The position numbers and the translations under genes are program-made. Positions 9,978-18,444 of a stretch of DNA of 49,154 bases are shown piece after piece. Origin of the DNA: an uncultured bacterium (lineage in GTDB: Bacteria; Krumholzibacteriota; Krumholzibacteriia; LZORAL124-64-63); assembly GCA_965369705.1 (NCBI GenBank), contig CBDURF010000002.1, forward strand, positions 1-49,154. Reading direction: 5' to 3'. Numbering within the stretch: position 1 is the first letter of the stretch; each line of letters opens with the position of its first letter. The notes beneath the pieces were generated by a model. It made no database searches, was not told the origin of the DNA, and was given only the letters and a program-made list of their open reading frames with translations.

Positions 9978-11453
9978 TCAATCAGGACAGCCGTCCGCAT
10001 CCTCCTCCCCATCGTAATCCTCGGGGTCATCGGGACACTCATCCTCGACGTCGGGGATGCCATCGAGATCGTTGTCCACATCGGGGCAGCCGTCGGCGTC
10101 TTCGAATCCGTCGATATCCTCCGGTTGATCGGGACAGGCGTCGCTGTCGTCTTCCACGCCGTCGCCGTCGGCGTCGCGGAAGTCGTCCGGACAGCCGTCG
10201 TCATCGTTGTGCCCGTCGTAATCCTCCGGTTCGTCGGGACAGAGGTCCCGGCGATCGGGAATTCCGTCCTGATCGTTGTCCCGATCGGGAATCCCGTCCT
10301 CATCAAGGAAGCCGTCATAGTCCTCGGGTTCGTCGGGAGCGCCGTCGCGCCAATCCGGAACGCCGTCCATGTCGTTGTCGTATTCCGGACAACCGTCATC
10401 ATCCCACCACCCGTCGTGATCCTCGGGTACCTCGGGGCATCCGTCCTTCCTGTCCACGATCCCGTCCCCGTCCCGGTCCCTTCCTCCGATCGAGAACTGC
10501 CGCGATCCCGCCACGCTCATCAGCCAATCGGGGTAGGCGGGAAACCAGTCCGTGGTCTCGTCGTCGTTGGCCAGGCTGACCAGGTAGTTGCCGTGCAGGG
10601 CCCACCCCTCGACCACGCCCCAGCGCAGCCCGGCCCCGAGCAGACGCAGATGCTCCCCCGAGGAAACCGTGGCGTTGTCCTGGAATTTTTCCTGGCTGTA
10701 CTCGAGCCAGAGACTGGTCGTGCCCTTGCGGAATTCCATCGCGGCGGCGTAGGTCAGAGCGTCGTTACGGCTGGTTCCCCCGGCGACTCCGGCGGACTGG
10801 TAACGGGGCGGCCAGGGCTGAAAGCCTTCCTGCCCCATGCCGTAGCCGGTGTCCTCGGCCTTGTTCCACCGGTACCAGGCATTCAGGTGCAGACGCATTT
10901 CGGGAACCTGGTCGTCGGTCCAGAAGCGGAAGGTCAGAGCTCCGCCGACGCGCGGTGAGAACACTCCTTCGGCCAGGCCCTGCCCCTCGTCGCCTACGGG
11001 TATATTACCCCCGCCGATCAGGGCGGCATGCAGGAAACCGCGCTTGAGCGGATGCCCGACGGTGACCTGCCAGCTGCCGTCACCCAGGCCCGAGCCGGTT
11101 TCAGGGATGAAGGAGGCACCCTCGGACCATGTCCGCCAAGGCACCTCTCCCCACACATTCAACCAGGGCCACAGGGCCAGTTCGGTCTGCAGGAAGACGT
11201 CTTTCTGGTTCACCCGGTGCAGAAATTCATCCAGAAAATAGACGGTGCTGTAGGTCCGCCACCCCAGGCCCACACTCCACAGGCCGTCCGCGGGCATGAC
11301 CGCCGAGGACACCCGGGTCAGGCGGACCGAATCCTGATGGTTGGAGGGAAGAACTCCCACCGGGTCGTTGGAAGCCTGGAACGGAACACCGGACTGGGCT
11401 ATCGCCGCACCCGCGAAACAAAGGGTCAGCCATGCCAGGAGCAGGGATCTCAA
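9978..11453 (-). CDS. Outer-membrane beta-barrel-like protein with C-terminal thrombospondin type 3 (Ca-binding) repeats
   Basis: Signal peptide MRSLLLAWLTLCFAGAAIA-QS. About 300 aa of alternating aromatic/hydrophobic strands follow, then 169 aa of DxDxDGxxDxxDxCP repeats. The TTG start overlaps the upstream stop (TTGA). Confidence 0.85.
   Translation of the reverse strand: MRSLLLAWLTLCFAGAAIAQSGVPFQASNDPVGVLPSNHQDSVRLTRVSSAVMPADGLWSVGLGWRTYSTVYFLDEFLHRVNQKDVFLQTELALWPWLNVWGEVPWRTWSEGASFIPETGSGLGDGSWQVTVGHPLKRGFLHAALIGGGNIPVGDEGQGLAEGVFSPRVGGALTFRFWTDDQVPEMRLHLNAWYRWNKAEDTGYGMGQEGFQPWPPRYQSAGVAGGTSRNDALTYAAAMEFRKGTTSLWLEYSQEKFQDNATVSSGEHLRLLGAGLRWGVVEGWALHGNYLVSLANDDETTDWFPAYPDWLMSVAGSRQFSIGGRDRDGDGIVDRKDGCPEVPEDHDGWWDDDGCPEYDNDMDGVPDWRDGAPDEPEDYDGFLDEDGIPDRDNDQDGIPDRRDLCPDEPEDYDGHNDDDGCPDDFRDADGDGVEDDSDACPDQPEDIDGFEDADGCPDVDNDLDGIPDVEDECPDDPEDYDGEEDADGCPD
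9981..10487 (-). repeat. Five ~33-aa tandem units of paired TSP3-type acidic Ca-binding motifs (coding repeat)
   Basis: Units: DRDGDGIVDRKDGCPEVPEDHDGWWDDDGCPEY / DNDMDGVPDWRDGAPDEPEDYDGFLDEDGIPDR / DNDQDGIPDRRDLCPDEPEDYDGHNDDDGCPDDFR / DADGDGVEDDSDACPDQPEDIDGFEDADGCPDV / DNDLDGIPDVEDECPDDPEDYDGEEDADGCPD. Confidence 0.9.
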
Positions 11454-11806
11454 CCGTTGTCCTCATCCCCGGCATCATCTTCCTGAACGTCATCCGCGGC
11501 TTCGTTCCCGGCGGCGGCGTCCATTTCCTGGGCGGCCGACTTCTTCACCTCATCCATGTAGTTGAGTTGAAGATCCATCACCGCACCGTCGATCATCCGC
11601 AGCAATTCCTCGGGCGTGTCCGTGCGGCACTTGACCTTGAGCATGTCCAGGACGTCGATGGTGCCCTTGGCCTGGTCCAGATCCTTTTCGATTTCCCCGG
11701 TCAGGGGGTTCTGGATCTTGCCCAGTTGCTGCATGGCGGCCGCCTGGAGACTGAAGACCAGCCCCGCCAGGACATGATCGTGCTTGCTCATCTCGTTGCT
11801 ACCCAT
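11450..11806 (-). CDS. DUF1844-like small acidic protein
   Basis: Core LVFSLQAAAMQQLGKIQNPLTGEIEKDLDQAKGTIDVLDMLKVKC matches my memory of DUF1844. GGGAGGA lies 6 nt before the ATG at 11806. The tail is acidic. Confidence 0.7.
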   Translation of the reverse strand: MGSNEMSKHDHVLAGLVFSLQAAAMQQLGKIQNPLTGEIEKDLDQAKGTIDVLDMLKVKCRTDTPEELLRMIDGAVMDLQLNYMDEVKKSAAQEMDAAAGNEAADDVQEDDAGDEDNG

Positions 11807-12881
11807 GGTCAATCCTCCCGTGAATATGAATCTGCCCGGAAGTTCCTTCCCGGTCCGCCGGCGGATCGAACTCGTCCTGGATCGAGCCGATGACGGTTTC
11901 GATCAGGTCTTCAAGTGTGATCATCCCCAGCGGGTTCCCGCCTCCGTCAACGATCACGGCGAGTTGCCGGCTCTGGCTCCGCAATTCCTCGAAAAGTTCA
12001 TACGGGGACATGCGTTCGTCCACCAGTAAAAACGACCGGATGAATTTGCGCGGCAGGATGCGGTCATGTTCCTCCCGGGACAAAAACAAAAGATCGCGCA
12101 CCAGCACGTACCCTTGCAGATCCCGCCCGTCCTCACGAGTGACGGGCAGCCGGCTGAAACCCGACTGCGAAGCGGTGGCCAGACATTCCCCGACCGTGAC
12201 ATCGGGCCCCACGGTCACCAGGCTGTCCAGCGGCCGCATGCTTCCGGAAAGGGGATGTCCCGCGAGCTCGAGAAACCGGTCCATGGCTTGGGCGAAACGC
12301 TGATCATTGTCGCTGGGCACCGTGTTGGTCAGCAGCAGGGCGGCCAGGCTCCTCCGGTCCAGAGCCGCGTGGTCGAGCCCGGTCGCGGGCAGAAAGCTGC
12401 GCCAAAGTGCGGTGTAGCCCCGCAGCAACCACCGGATCGGCGACAACAGTCCCATGGCCACGGAAATGGCCGGCCCCGAGGCGAGCATCATCCGTTCGGG
12501 GAATTCCCGGTACAGAACCTTGGGCAGGATCTCGCCGAACATTATCACCAGGATCGATACCAAGACCAAGGCCATCCATTCGCCCCGAGCTCCGAACCGC
12601 TCGGCGAAAACCGTGGTGACCAGGGCGGTGAAGAAGACATTGAACAGATTGGTCCCGATCAGGCAGGTCAGGATGGGATCCTCGATCCTGCGCACCTGGC
12701 GTCGCAACCGGCGGACAAGAGGGCTGTCCGCGTTCGGGAGATTGCGCAACCGGACCCGGCTGACGCTCATGTAGCCGGTTTCGCTGCCGGAGAAGAAGCC
12801 GGACATGAGAAGGCTGAAGGCCCCCAGACCGATGATGCTCGCGGGTCCCAGACCGGCCAGGCCTTCGGTGATCAGATTCAC
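11799..12881 (-). CDS. CNNM/HlyC-CorC family transporter (DUF21 + CBS pair) lacking the CorC_HlyC C-terminal domain
   Basis: N-terminal 4-TM DUF21 region (SGSETGY...GEILPK) followed by a CBS pair. The protein ends shortly after ...LEDLIETVIGSIQDEFD. The GTG start overlaps the upstream stop (GTGA). Confidence 0.88.
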   Translation of the reverse strand: MNLITEGLAGLGPASIIGLGAFSLLMSGFFSGSETGYMSVSRVRLRNLPNADSPLVRRLRRQVRRIEDPILTCLIGTNLFNVFFTALVTTVFAERFGARGEWMALVLVSILVIMFGEILPKVLYREFPERMMLASGPAISVAMGLLSPIRWLLRGYTALWRSFLPATGLDHAALDRRSLAALLLTNTVPSDNDQRFAQAMDRFLELAGHPLSGSMRPLDSLVTVGPDVTVGECLATASQSGFSRLPVTREDGRDLQGYVLVRDLLFLSREEHDRILPRKFIRSFLLVDERMSPYELFEELRSQSRQLAVIVDGGGNPLGMITLEDLIETVIGSIQDEFDPPADREGTSGQIHIHGRIDHG

Positions 12882-14185
12882 GACCCACCTCGCAGGGTGG
12901 CGGAAACCCGTTGATCAGCCAACAGGGTCACCTGGATGCGGTCCACCGTATGACCGGTCATCTCCAGAACGGACAACCGCGCCGTCGGCAGGGTCACCTT
13001 GTCGCCCGGCTCGAGGACCCGGCCCAGTCGGGTCATCAGGAAGCCCGCCACGGTCACGTAATCCCGGCTGGGCGGCAGGCTGATCCCGCAGTTCTCTTCC
13101 AATTCCCGCAGGTCGGCCCGCCCACTGACGATCCAGCGGCCGTCTCCCAGCGGGACCATCTCCTGGGTCCGGTCCATGATATCCGCAACCGGGCCCATGA
13201 GAGCCTGCAGACAATCGGCCAGGGTCACGATTCCGGTGAAGTCGCCGTGTTCATCCACCACGGCCGCCAAATGGGTCCGTCCGTCGCGCATATCGGTCAA
13301 CAGGGCGGCCACGTCCTTGCTTTCGGGTACGAACAGGAGTTCGCGCAGCCCCTCCTGCAGCGGCCGGACCGGCACCGGAGTCCGGGCCAGAAGATCCTTC
13401 AGATGGAACAGGCCCACCGGACGGCCGCCGTCGGCGTCCAGGACCGGGTAGCGATTGAAACCGGCGCGTCGGGCAGCGGCCAACACATGCCGCAGGGACA
13501 TGTCCTTCCGCATGGCCACCACCGAGGTCCGGGGCGTCATGATGTGGGACACCTCGAGATCCTCCAGCTGGAGGAGCCGGGCCAGGGACCGGCCTTCGGT
13601 TTCGGTCAGGGTACCGTCCTCCACGGCCAGGTCGCAGGCGGTCTGGAGTTCGGCGGTCGTCAGGTGCAGGGAGCCGGTGCGTTCGAAAGGCAGCCTGTCG
13701 ATCAGGAGTTTCACCAGACCGCCGATGATCCTCAACACGGGACCTGTCGCCGCCAACCAGATCCCCAGGGGTGCCTGGGCCAGCATGGACATCTTCTGCC
13801 GGAAACGCAGGGCGAGCATCTTGGGGGTGATCTCCCCCAGCAGAAGCAGGGCCAGGGTCGTGGCCGGCACCGCCACCACGAGTCCCCCCGGTCCGAACCA
13901 ATGCAGGCACAGGCTGGTGGCCACCACGCTGGCGGCGGTATTCACCAGCAGGTTCCCGATCAAAAGAGCGGAGAGCAGGTCATGGGCGCGGGCCATGAGG
14001 GAGATCACCCGCCGGCCGGCCCGGGTGCCTTCCTTTTCCATGCGGGCGAGTTCCACCGGTCCCAGGGAAAAGAAAGCGGTTTCCGACCCGGAGAATGCGG
14101 CGGACAATCCCAAGAGAACGAGGAGCAGCAGCAGATCCAAGAATAGGGTCTCCACGTCGGGGTGATCCTGTCGGGCCCACCTCAT
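12878..14185 (-). CDS. CNNM/HlyC-CorC family transporter (DUF21 + CBS pair + CorC_HlyC)
   Basis: SGSETAFFSL...GEITPK, a CBS pair, and a C-terminal transporter-associated domain (GRWIVSGRADLRELEE...). 435 aa. Confidence 0.9.
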   Translation of the reverse strand: MRWARQDHPDVETLFLDLLLLLVLLGLSAAFSGSETAFFSLGPVELARMEKEGTRAGRRVISLMARAHDLLSALLIGNLLVNTAASVVATSLCLHWFGPGGLVVAVPATTLALLLLGEITPKMLALRFRQKMSMLAQAPLGIWLAATGPVLRIIGGLVKLLIDRLPFERTGSLHLTTAELQTACDLAVEDGTLTETEGRSLARLLQLEDLEVSHIMTPRTSVVAMRKDMSLRHVLAAARRAGFNRYPVLDADGGRPVGLFHLKDLLARTPVPVRPLQEGLRELLFVPESKDVAALLTDMRDGRTHLAAVVDEHGDFTGIVTLADCLQALMGPVADIMDRTQEMVPLGDGRWIVSGRADLRELEENCGISLPPSRDYVTVAGFLMTRLGRVLEPGDKVTLPTARLSVLEMTGHTVDRIQVTLLADQRVSATLRGGS

Positions 14186-14398
14186 GGGGCCGGTTATCGT
14201 TTCGATGTTACCTTTTTACCGTCCCGTGGGCAAGGCCATCGGCGGCAATCGGTGACAACCTCGGCGCTTTGGAGGCGAACAAATCCTGTTTTTTTCGACT
14301 GTTGAGGCATCGGCGGTAGGAAAAACATTTTCCCGGCCACGTTTTTGGGGGAATATCTGGCGGATGCAGCCGTCCCGGGATTCCAACCGAAAGGTCCC

Positions 14399-15451
14399 AT
14401 GCTTATCAACCCACCGCATACCACACCAGCCGACCCACGCGACATCCTGGTTGTCCGTTTCGGTTCGCTTGGTGACCTGTGCCTGCTGGGCTGGGCCCTG
14501 GCCCGGCTGGCCGATCGCCTGGGCGGTGAGAACCGCCGGGTGACCCTGGTGACCAAATCAGCCTTCGCCCCTCTGATGGAGCACGTGCGCGGAATCCACA
14601 GGGTGGTTCCCTTGCCAGGCTCCGGCGCCGGTGATGTGGTCCGACTGGCCGGGGAATTGCGTGGCAGGTCCTGGGATCTGGTCATCGACGCCCACAACGT
14701 CTTGCGGGGCCATCTGCTTTTTGGCATGATGCGGCGCCGGCCGGAGCGGCGGTTGGCCAAGGACACCGCCGCCCGACTGACCTTCATGGAGTTCGGACAC
14801 CGTGGGAACAGGCTGGACCGCACCATGCACGACCGTTTCGAGGAACTGACCGCCGGCTTGGCGGCCGGTCGGGAAAACCGCGGCGAAACCCTCCCCCCAC
14901 TGGCCTCCCTGACGGCAAACCGGACCGATCAATCCGCGCCGGACATCCTGGGCTTCGCCCCCGGCGCCCAGTGGGACACCAAGCGGTGGCCCGAAGAGCA
15001 TTTTGTCGCCTTGCTGCGCATGCGTCTGCGGGACCACCCCGGTCCCGTCCGGATCTTCCTGGGCCCTCGCGAGGAGAACTGGTTCGACGGCGGTTCCCTG
15101 GCAAGGGCCGTAAGGGACAGCGGACAGACGGAAATCATCCGAGACCGCTCCCTGGCCGAGGTGGCGACCCTGCTGTCCGAGTGTCGCCAACTGGTGACCA
15201 ACGACAGCGGTCTGCTGCACGTGGCCGAAGCCGTCGGCACGCCCGTCCTGGCCATATTCGGGCCGACCGTCCGGGAATTCGGCTACTACCCGGTGCTGGC
15301 CGGCAGCAGGGTTCTGGAACGGCCCCTGGATTGCCGGCCCTGCTCGCGCAACGGCAAGCGGCCCTGCCACCGGGGAGATTTGGCCTGCCTTCGGGACATA
15401 CCGCCGGCCGAGGCCTACGCTGTATTGAACTCCATGGAGGAGGATCGATGA
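14399..15451 (+). CDS. Glycosyltransferase family 9 (LPS heptosyltransferase-like)
   Basis: ILVVRFGSLGDL N-terminal motif and C-terminal LVTNDSGLLHVAEAVGTPVLAIFGPT. The start was chosen at the ATG at 14399. The ORF extends to a TTG at 14345. Confidence 0.85.
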   Translation: MLINPPHTTPADPRDILVVRFGSLGDLCLLGWALARLADRLGGENRRVTLVTKSAFAPLMEHVRGIHRVVPLPGSGAGDVVRLAGELRGRSWDLVIDAHNVLRGHLLFGMMRRRPERRLAKDTAARLTFMEFGHRGNRLDRTMHDRFEELTAGLAAGRENRGETLPPLASLTANRTDQSAPDILGFAPGAQWDTKRWPEEHFVALLRMRLRDHPGPVRIFLGPREENWFDGGSLARAVRDSGQTEIIRDRSLAEVATLLSECRQLVTNDSGLLHVAEAVGTPVLAIFGPTVREFGYYPVLAGSRVLERPLDCRPCSRNGKRPCHRGDLACLRDIPPAEAYAVLNSMEEDR

Positions 15452-16773
15452 TTCAGCGGGAATCCGAGCATTCCGCGCAGGGGACCAGGACCGGCTTTCT
15501 GCTTGGTCTCTACCGCGGACTGAGCCCCGCCCTGTGCGCGGCGACCAGGCTGGCCGGGCCTCTGTCACCAAAACTGGCCGAGGGCATCGCCGGTAGGCGG
15601 GGATTGATGGACCGGCTGACCGAGGGCGCCGCCCTGGTGCGGGGCGGGATCTGGATCCACGTCACCTCCGTGGGCGAGTACGAACAGGCCCGGCCGATCA
15701 TCGACGCCCTGAAAAAGCGGCCCAACCCGCCCCCGGTCGCCGTGACCCACTTCTCCCCCTCGGGTTTCGAATACGCCAAGGGCCGTCCCTGCGCCGATCT
15801 GCATGATTATCTGCCTTTTGATCATCCTGCCGATATGGCCCGCTTGATGGATCTCTGGCGGCCCCGCCTGCTCGTGTTCGTGAAGTTCGACTGCTGGCCC
15901 AACCAGGTCGTGGCCGCGGCTGATCGGAACATTCCGGTGGTCCTGATCGCCGGCTCCCTCCAGCCCCACAGCGCCCGGCTCAAACCCCTGGGCAGGTCCC
16001 TGTTCCGGGACGTCTTCAACCGCTTCGCGCACCTCGGGGTCTGCACACCCGAAGACCGCGGGCGCTTCATCGACAATTTGGGCGTAAGGTGCCCCGTTTC
16101 GGTCACGGGGGACACCCGCGTGGAGCAGGTAATCCTCCGCTACGAAGCGGCCAAGGTCGGGGACACCGCCTCGCGCCTGCGGGAACTGGGCGGTCGCCTG
16201 CTGATCATGGGCAGCACCTGGCCTGCGGATGAGAAGTTGTGGCTGCCGGTGCTTGGCAGGTTGCTGGGGTCGTTTCCCGATCTGCGGGTCATCTTGACGC
16301 CCCACGAACCCACGGCGGACCGTCTGGAGTCCCTGGAAGGCGCCTTGAGCCGCCGGGAAATCCCTCATCGCCGCCTCTCCGTGCTCATGGCCGATCCCCG
16401 CGGCGGCGAGGACCCCACCCGGGTCATCCTCACCGATTCCATCGGAGTGCTGGCGGAGATCTACCGGGCGGGCCATCTTACGTACGTCGGCGGCAGTTTC
16501 ACCACCGGGGTCCACAACACCATGGAACCCGCCGTGGCCAGTATGCCGGTCATGTTCGGTCCCGTGATCCACAACGCCGAGGAAGCAGGGTTGCTGGTCC
16601 GGCGTGGCGCGGGCTTCATCCTGGAAAAGCCCGACGACGCCCTTGCCGTCGCCGGCGGCCTGCTGAAGGAACCGGCCCGTCTGGAGACCCTGGGTGAAAC
16701 CGCCCGGCAGGTCGTCCTGGACCAGCGGGGGGCCACCGCCCGCAGCATGGCCATGATCGAACCCTATCTCTGA
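15448..16773 (+). CDS. waaA: 3-deoxy-D-manno-octulosonic acid (Kdo) transferase
   Basis: IWIHVTSVGEYEQARP (compare the HSVSVGE motif of E. coli WaaA). GT30 C-terminal half. The ATG overlaps the upstream stop (ATGA). The 600-aa ORF extension from 14971 was rejected. Confidence 0.9.
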   Translation: MIQRESEHSAQGTRTGFLLGLYRGLSPALCAATRLAGPLSPKLAEGIAGRRGLMDRLTEGAALVRGGIWIHVTSVGEYEQARPIIDALKKRPNPPPVAVTHFSPSGFEYAKGRPCADLHDYLPFDHPADMARLMDLWRPRLLVFVKFDCWPNQVVAAADRNIPVVLIAGSLQPHSARLKPLGRSLFRDVFNRFAHLGVCTPEDRGRFIDNLGVRCPVSVTGDTRVEQVILRYEAAKVGDTASRLRELGGRLLIMGSTWPADEKLWLPVLGRLLGSFPDLRVILTPHEPTADRLESLEGALSRREIPHRRLSVLMADPRGGEDPTRVILTDSIGVLAEIYRAGHLTYVGGSFTTGVHNTMEPAVASMPVMFGPVIHNAEEAGLLVRRGAGFILEKPDDALAVAGGLLKEPARLETLGETARQVVLDQRGATARSMAMIEPYL

Positions 16774-16798
16774 CGAATCGTCCAACGGGAGGAAATTG

Positions 16799-17752
16799 AT
16801 GCGACCGGAACAGGCCGACCAGATTCTCACCTCAGGCAAGCTCCCCCTCAAGGATGCGGAAGCGCGATGGCGCATGCCCTACGCCGCGAAGCCCAAGTTC
16901 ATCCAGATGGAAACCGTGACCAAATGCAACGCCAAGTGCCCCTTCTGTCCCCAGAACGAGATCGTGCGGGATCCCGCGCGCATGCCGGCGGAGACCTGGC
17001 GGAAGATCGTCGACGACACCCGCGGCTGGGGCCTCATCTATCGGCCGTTCCTGACCAACGAACCTTTCGTCGACAACCGCATGCCCGAGATCGTGCGTTA
17101 CATCAAGGACAATGACCCCACCGCCCGGGTGGAATTCAACACCAACGGCGAACTGATGACCGAGAAGCTGTCCATCGACCTGCTGGAAGCCGGCGTGGAC
17201 ATCATGCGCTTTTCCATCGACGGATTGAGTCGCGAAACCTATGAGCCCTCGCGCATCGGCATCGATTTCACAAAGGTGATGGAACGAACCCGGCGCTTCC
17301 TCGAACTGTGGGACAAGGGCGGCTACCGAGACAAGGTGTTCACCGAACTGCGCATGATCGAGGTTCCCGAAAACAAGCACGAAGTGGAAGCCTACCGGGA
17401 TTTCTGGGGTCCCCGCTGCAGCGAGGTCCTGATCACCACCATGTACCAGTGGCCCTGGACCGGGCAGAAGCGCGAGGACGTGGTGCTCAAGCCCTGTCTC
17501 AAAATCCTGGACGAGATGTTCTTCTACACCAACGGCAACGCGACGATCTGCTGCTGGGACGTCCATGAGCGGGCGGTCGTCGGCAACGTCAACGAGCAGT
17601 CCGTGGGTGAGATATGGGAGAGTTACGCCGCGCGGTGCATGCGGGCCGCCCTGGATGACGGACGGCGCGACCTGCTGAATCTGTGCAGCCGCTGCAACGC
17701 CTACCAGGACTATGATTTTTCCAGGTTCGCTAAGAACGGCGATACGGAATAG
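16799..17752 (+). CDS. Radical SAM enzyme with a Cys-rich SPASM/twitch-like C-terminal region
   Basis: CNAKCPFCP (CxxxCxxC) near the N-terminus. C-terminal cysteines KPC...ICCWD...LCSRCNAY. GGGAGGA lies 5 nt before the ATG at 16799, which is 25 nt after the waaA stop. Confidence 0.85.
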   Translation: MRPEQADQILTSGKLPLKDAEARWRMPYAAKPKFIQMETVTKCNAKCPFCPQNEIVRDPARMPAETWRKIVDDTRGWGLIYRPFLTNEPFVDNRMPEIVRYIKDNDPTARVEFNTNGELMTEKLSIDLLEAGVDIMRFSIDGLSRETYEPSRIGIDFTKVMERTRRFLELWDKGGYRDKVFTELRMIEVPENKHEVEAYRDFWGPRCSEVLITTMYQWPWTGQKREDVVLKPCLKILDEMFFYTNGNATICCWDVHERAVVGNVNEQSVGEIWESYAARCMRAALDDGRRDLLNLCSRCNAYQDYDFSRFAKNGDTE

Positions 17753-18443
17753 GGTCCTCGAGTCCGGCCCGGGCGAAACCGCGCAGCCGCAGTCGGCAGC
17801 TCTCGCACTCGCCGCAGGCCTCGTCGGAGTCGATGTAACAGGACCAGGTCAGATTCAGGGGTACATCCAGCTCGATCCCCCGGCGGACGATGGCCTCCTT
17901 GTCCAGACCGATCAACGGGGTGCGGATGGCGATGTTCGTGTCGGACCTGGTTCCCGCGTCGACGGCGGCCCCGAACAGACGGTAGAATTCCTCCCGGCAG
18001 TCCGGGTAACCGCTGCTGTCCTCCTCCACCGCCCCGATGAACAACGCCTCGGCGCCAATGACCTCGGCCCAGGAAACCCCCACGCACAGGATATGGGCGT
18101 TCCGGAAAGGAACATAGGTCGAGGGAGTTGGTCCATCTTCGGCCGGCAGGCCCGTCTCCACCTGCAGGTCCTCGTCCACCAGGGAAGATCCCCCGATGTC
18201 CTTCAGAAAGGAGATGTCCGCCACCAGCAGTCGGGTGATTCCGAAATGGTCCGCCAACTCCTGGAAGGCCCTGAGCTCCCGGGCTTCGGTGCGCTGACCG
18301 TAGTTGGTGTGCAACAGGGCAACCTCGAATTCCCGCGCCGCCTCGGCCAGGCACACCGCCGAATCAAGGCCGCCGCTGACCAGGACCACCGCCAGGGGCA
18401 GGGTTGGCCTCTCCCTTTTTGACCTGTTCAACGGATCGGCCAA
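17730..18443 (-). CDS. queC: 7-cyano-7-deazaguanine synthase
   Basis: AVVLVSGGLDS PP-loop and C-terminal Zn cysteines SCY...CGECESCRLR. The true start is a non-ATG codon between about 18395 and 18443 (TTG at 18443, or CTG/GTG after AAGGGAGAGG). The long N-terminal ORF extension overlaps queE and was rejected. Confidence 0.88.
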   Translation of the reverse strand: MADPLNRSKRERPTLPLAVVLVSGGLDSAVCLAEAAREFEVALLHTNYGQRTEARELRAFQELADHFGITRLLVADISFLKDIGGSSLVDEDLQVETGLPAEDGPTPSTYVPFRNAHILCVGVSWAEVIGAEALFIGAVEEDSSGYPDCREEFYRLFGAAVDAGTRSDTNIAIRTPLIGLDKEAIVRRGIELDVPLNLTWSCYIDSDEACGECESCRLRLRGFARAGLEDPIPYRRS

Positions 18444-18444
18444 C

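Noticed and set aside
9926-10579. Arg/Pro-rich 217-aa plus-strand ORF and a 150-aa minus-strand ORF over the acidic repeat region. Periodic DNA there could be mistaken for a CRISPR-like or satellite array.
   Set aside because: The periodicity is explained by the TSP3 coding repeats of the outer-membrane protein gene. The repeats are imperfect and have no unique spacers. The alternative frames are repeat artefacts.
14186-14398. Metal-sensing riboswitch (Mg/Mn type) in the CNNM operon leader.
   Set aside because: I recognise no M-box or yybP-ykoY consensus elements. Only a weak TTGCCC-N17-TAACAT promoter-like match is present, which is too uncertain to report as a feature.
14971-15447. 600-aa version of the Kdo transferase ORF, overlapping the GT9 gene.
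   Set aside because: The extension is an out-of-frame overlap of the GT9 coding region with an Arg/Pro-rich translation. The ATG at 15448 (ATGA coupling) gives a normal-length WaaA.
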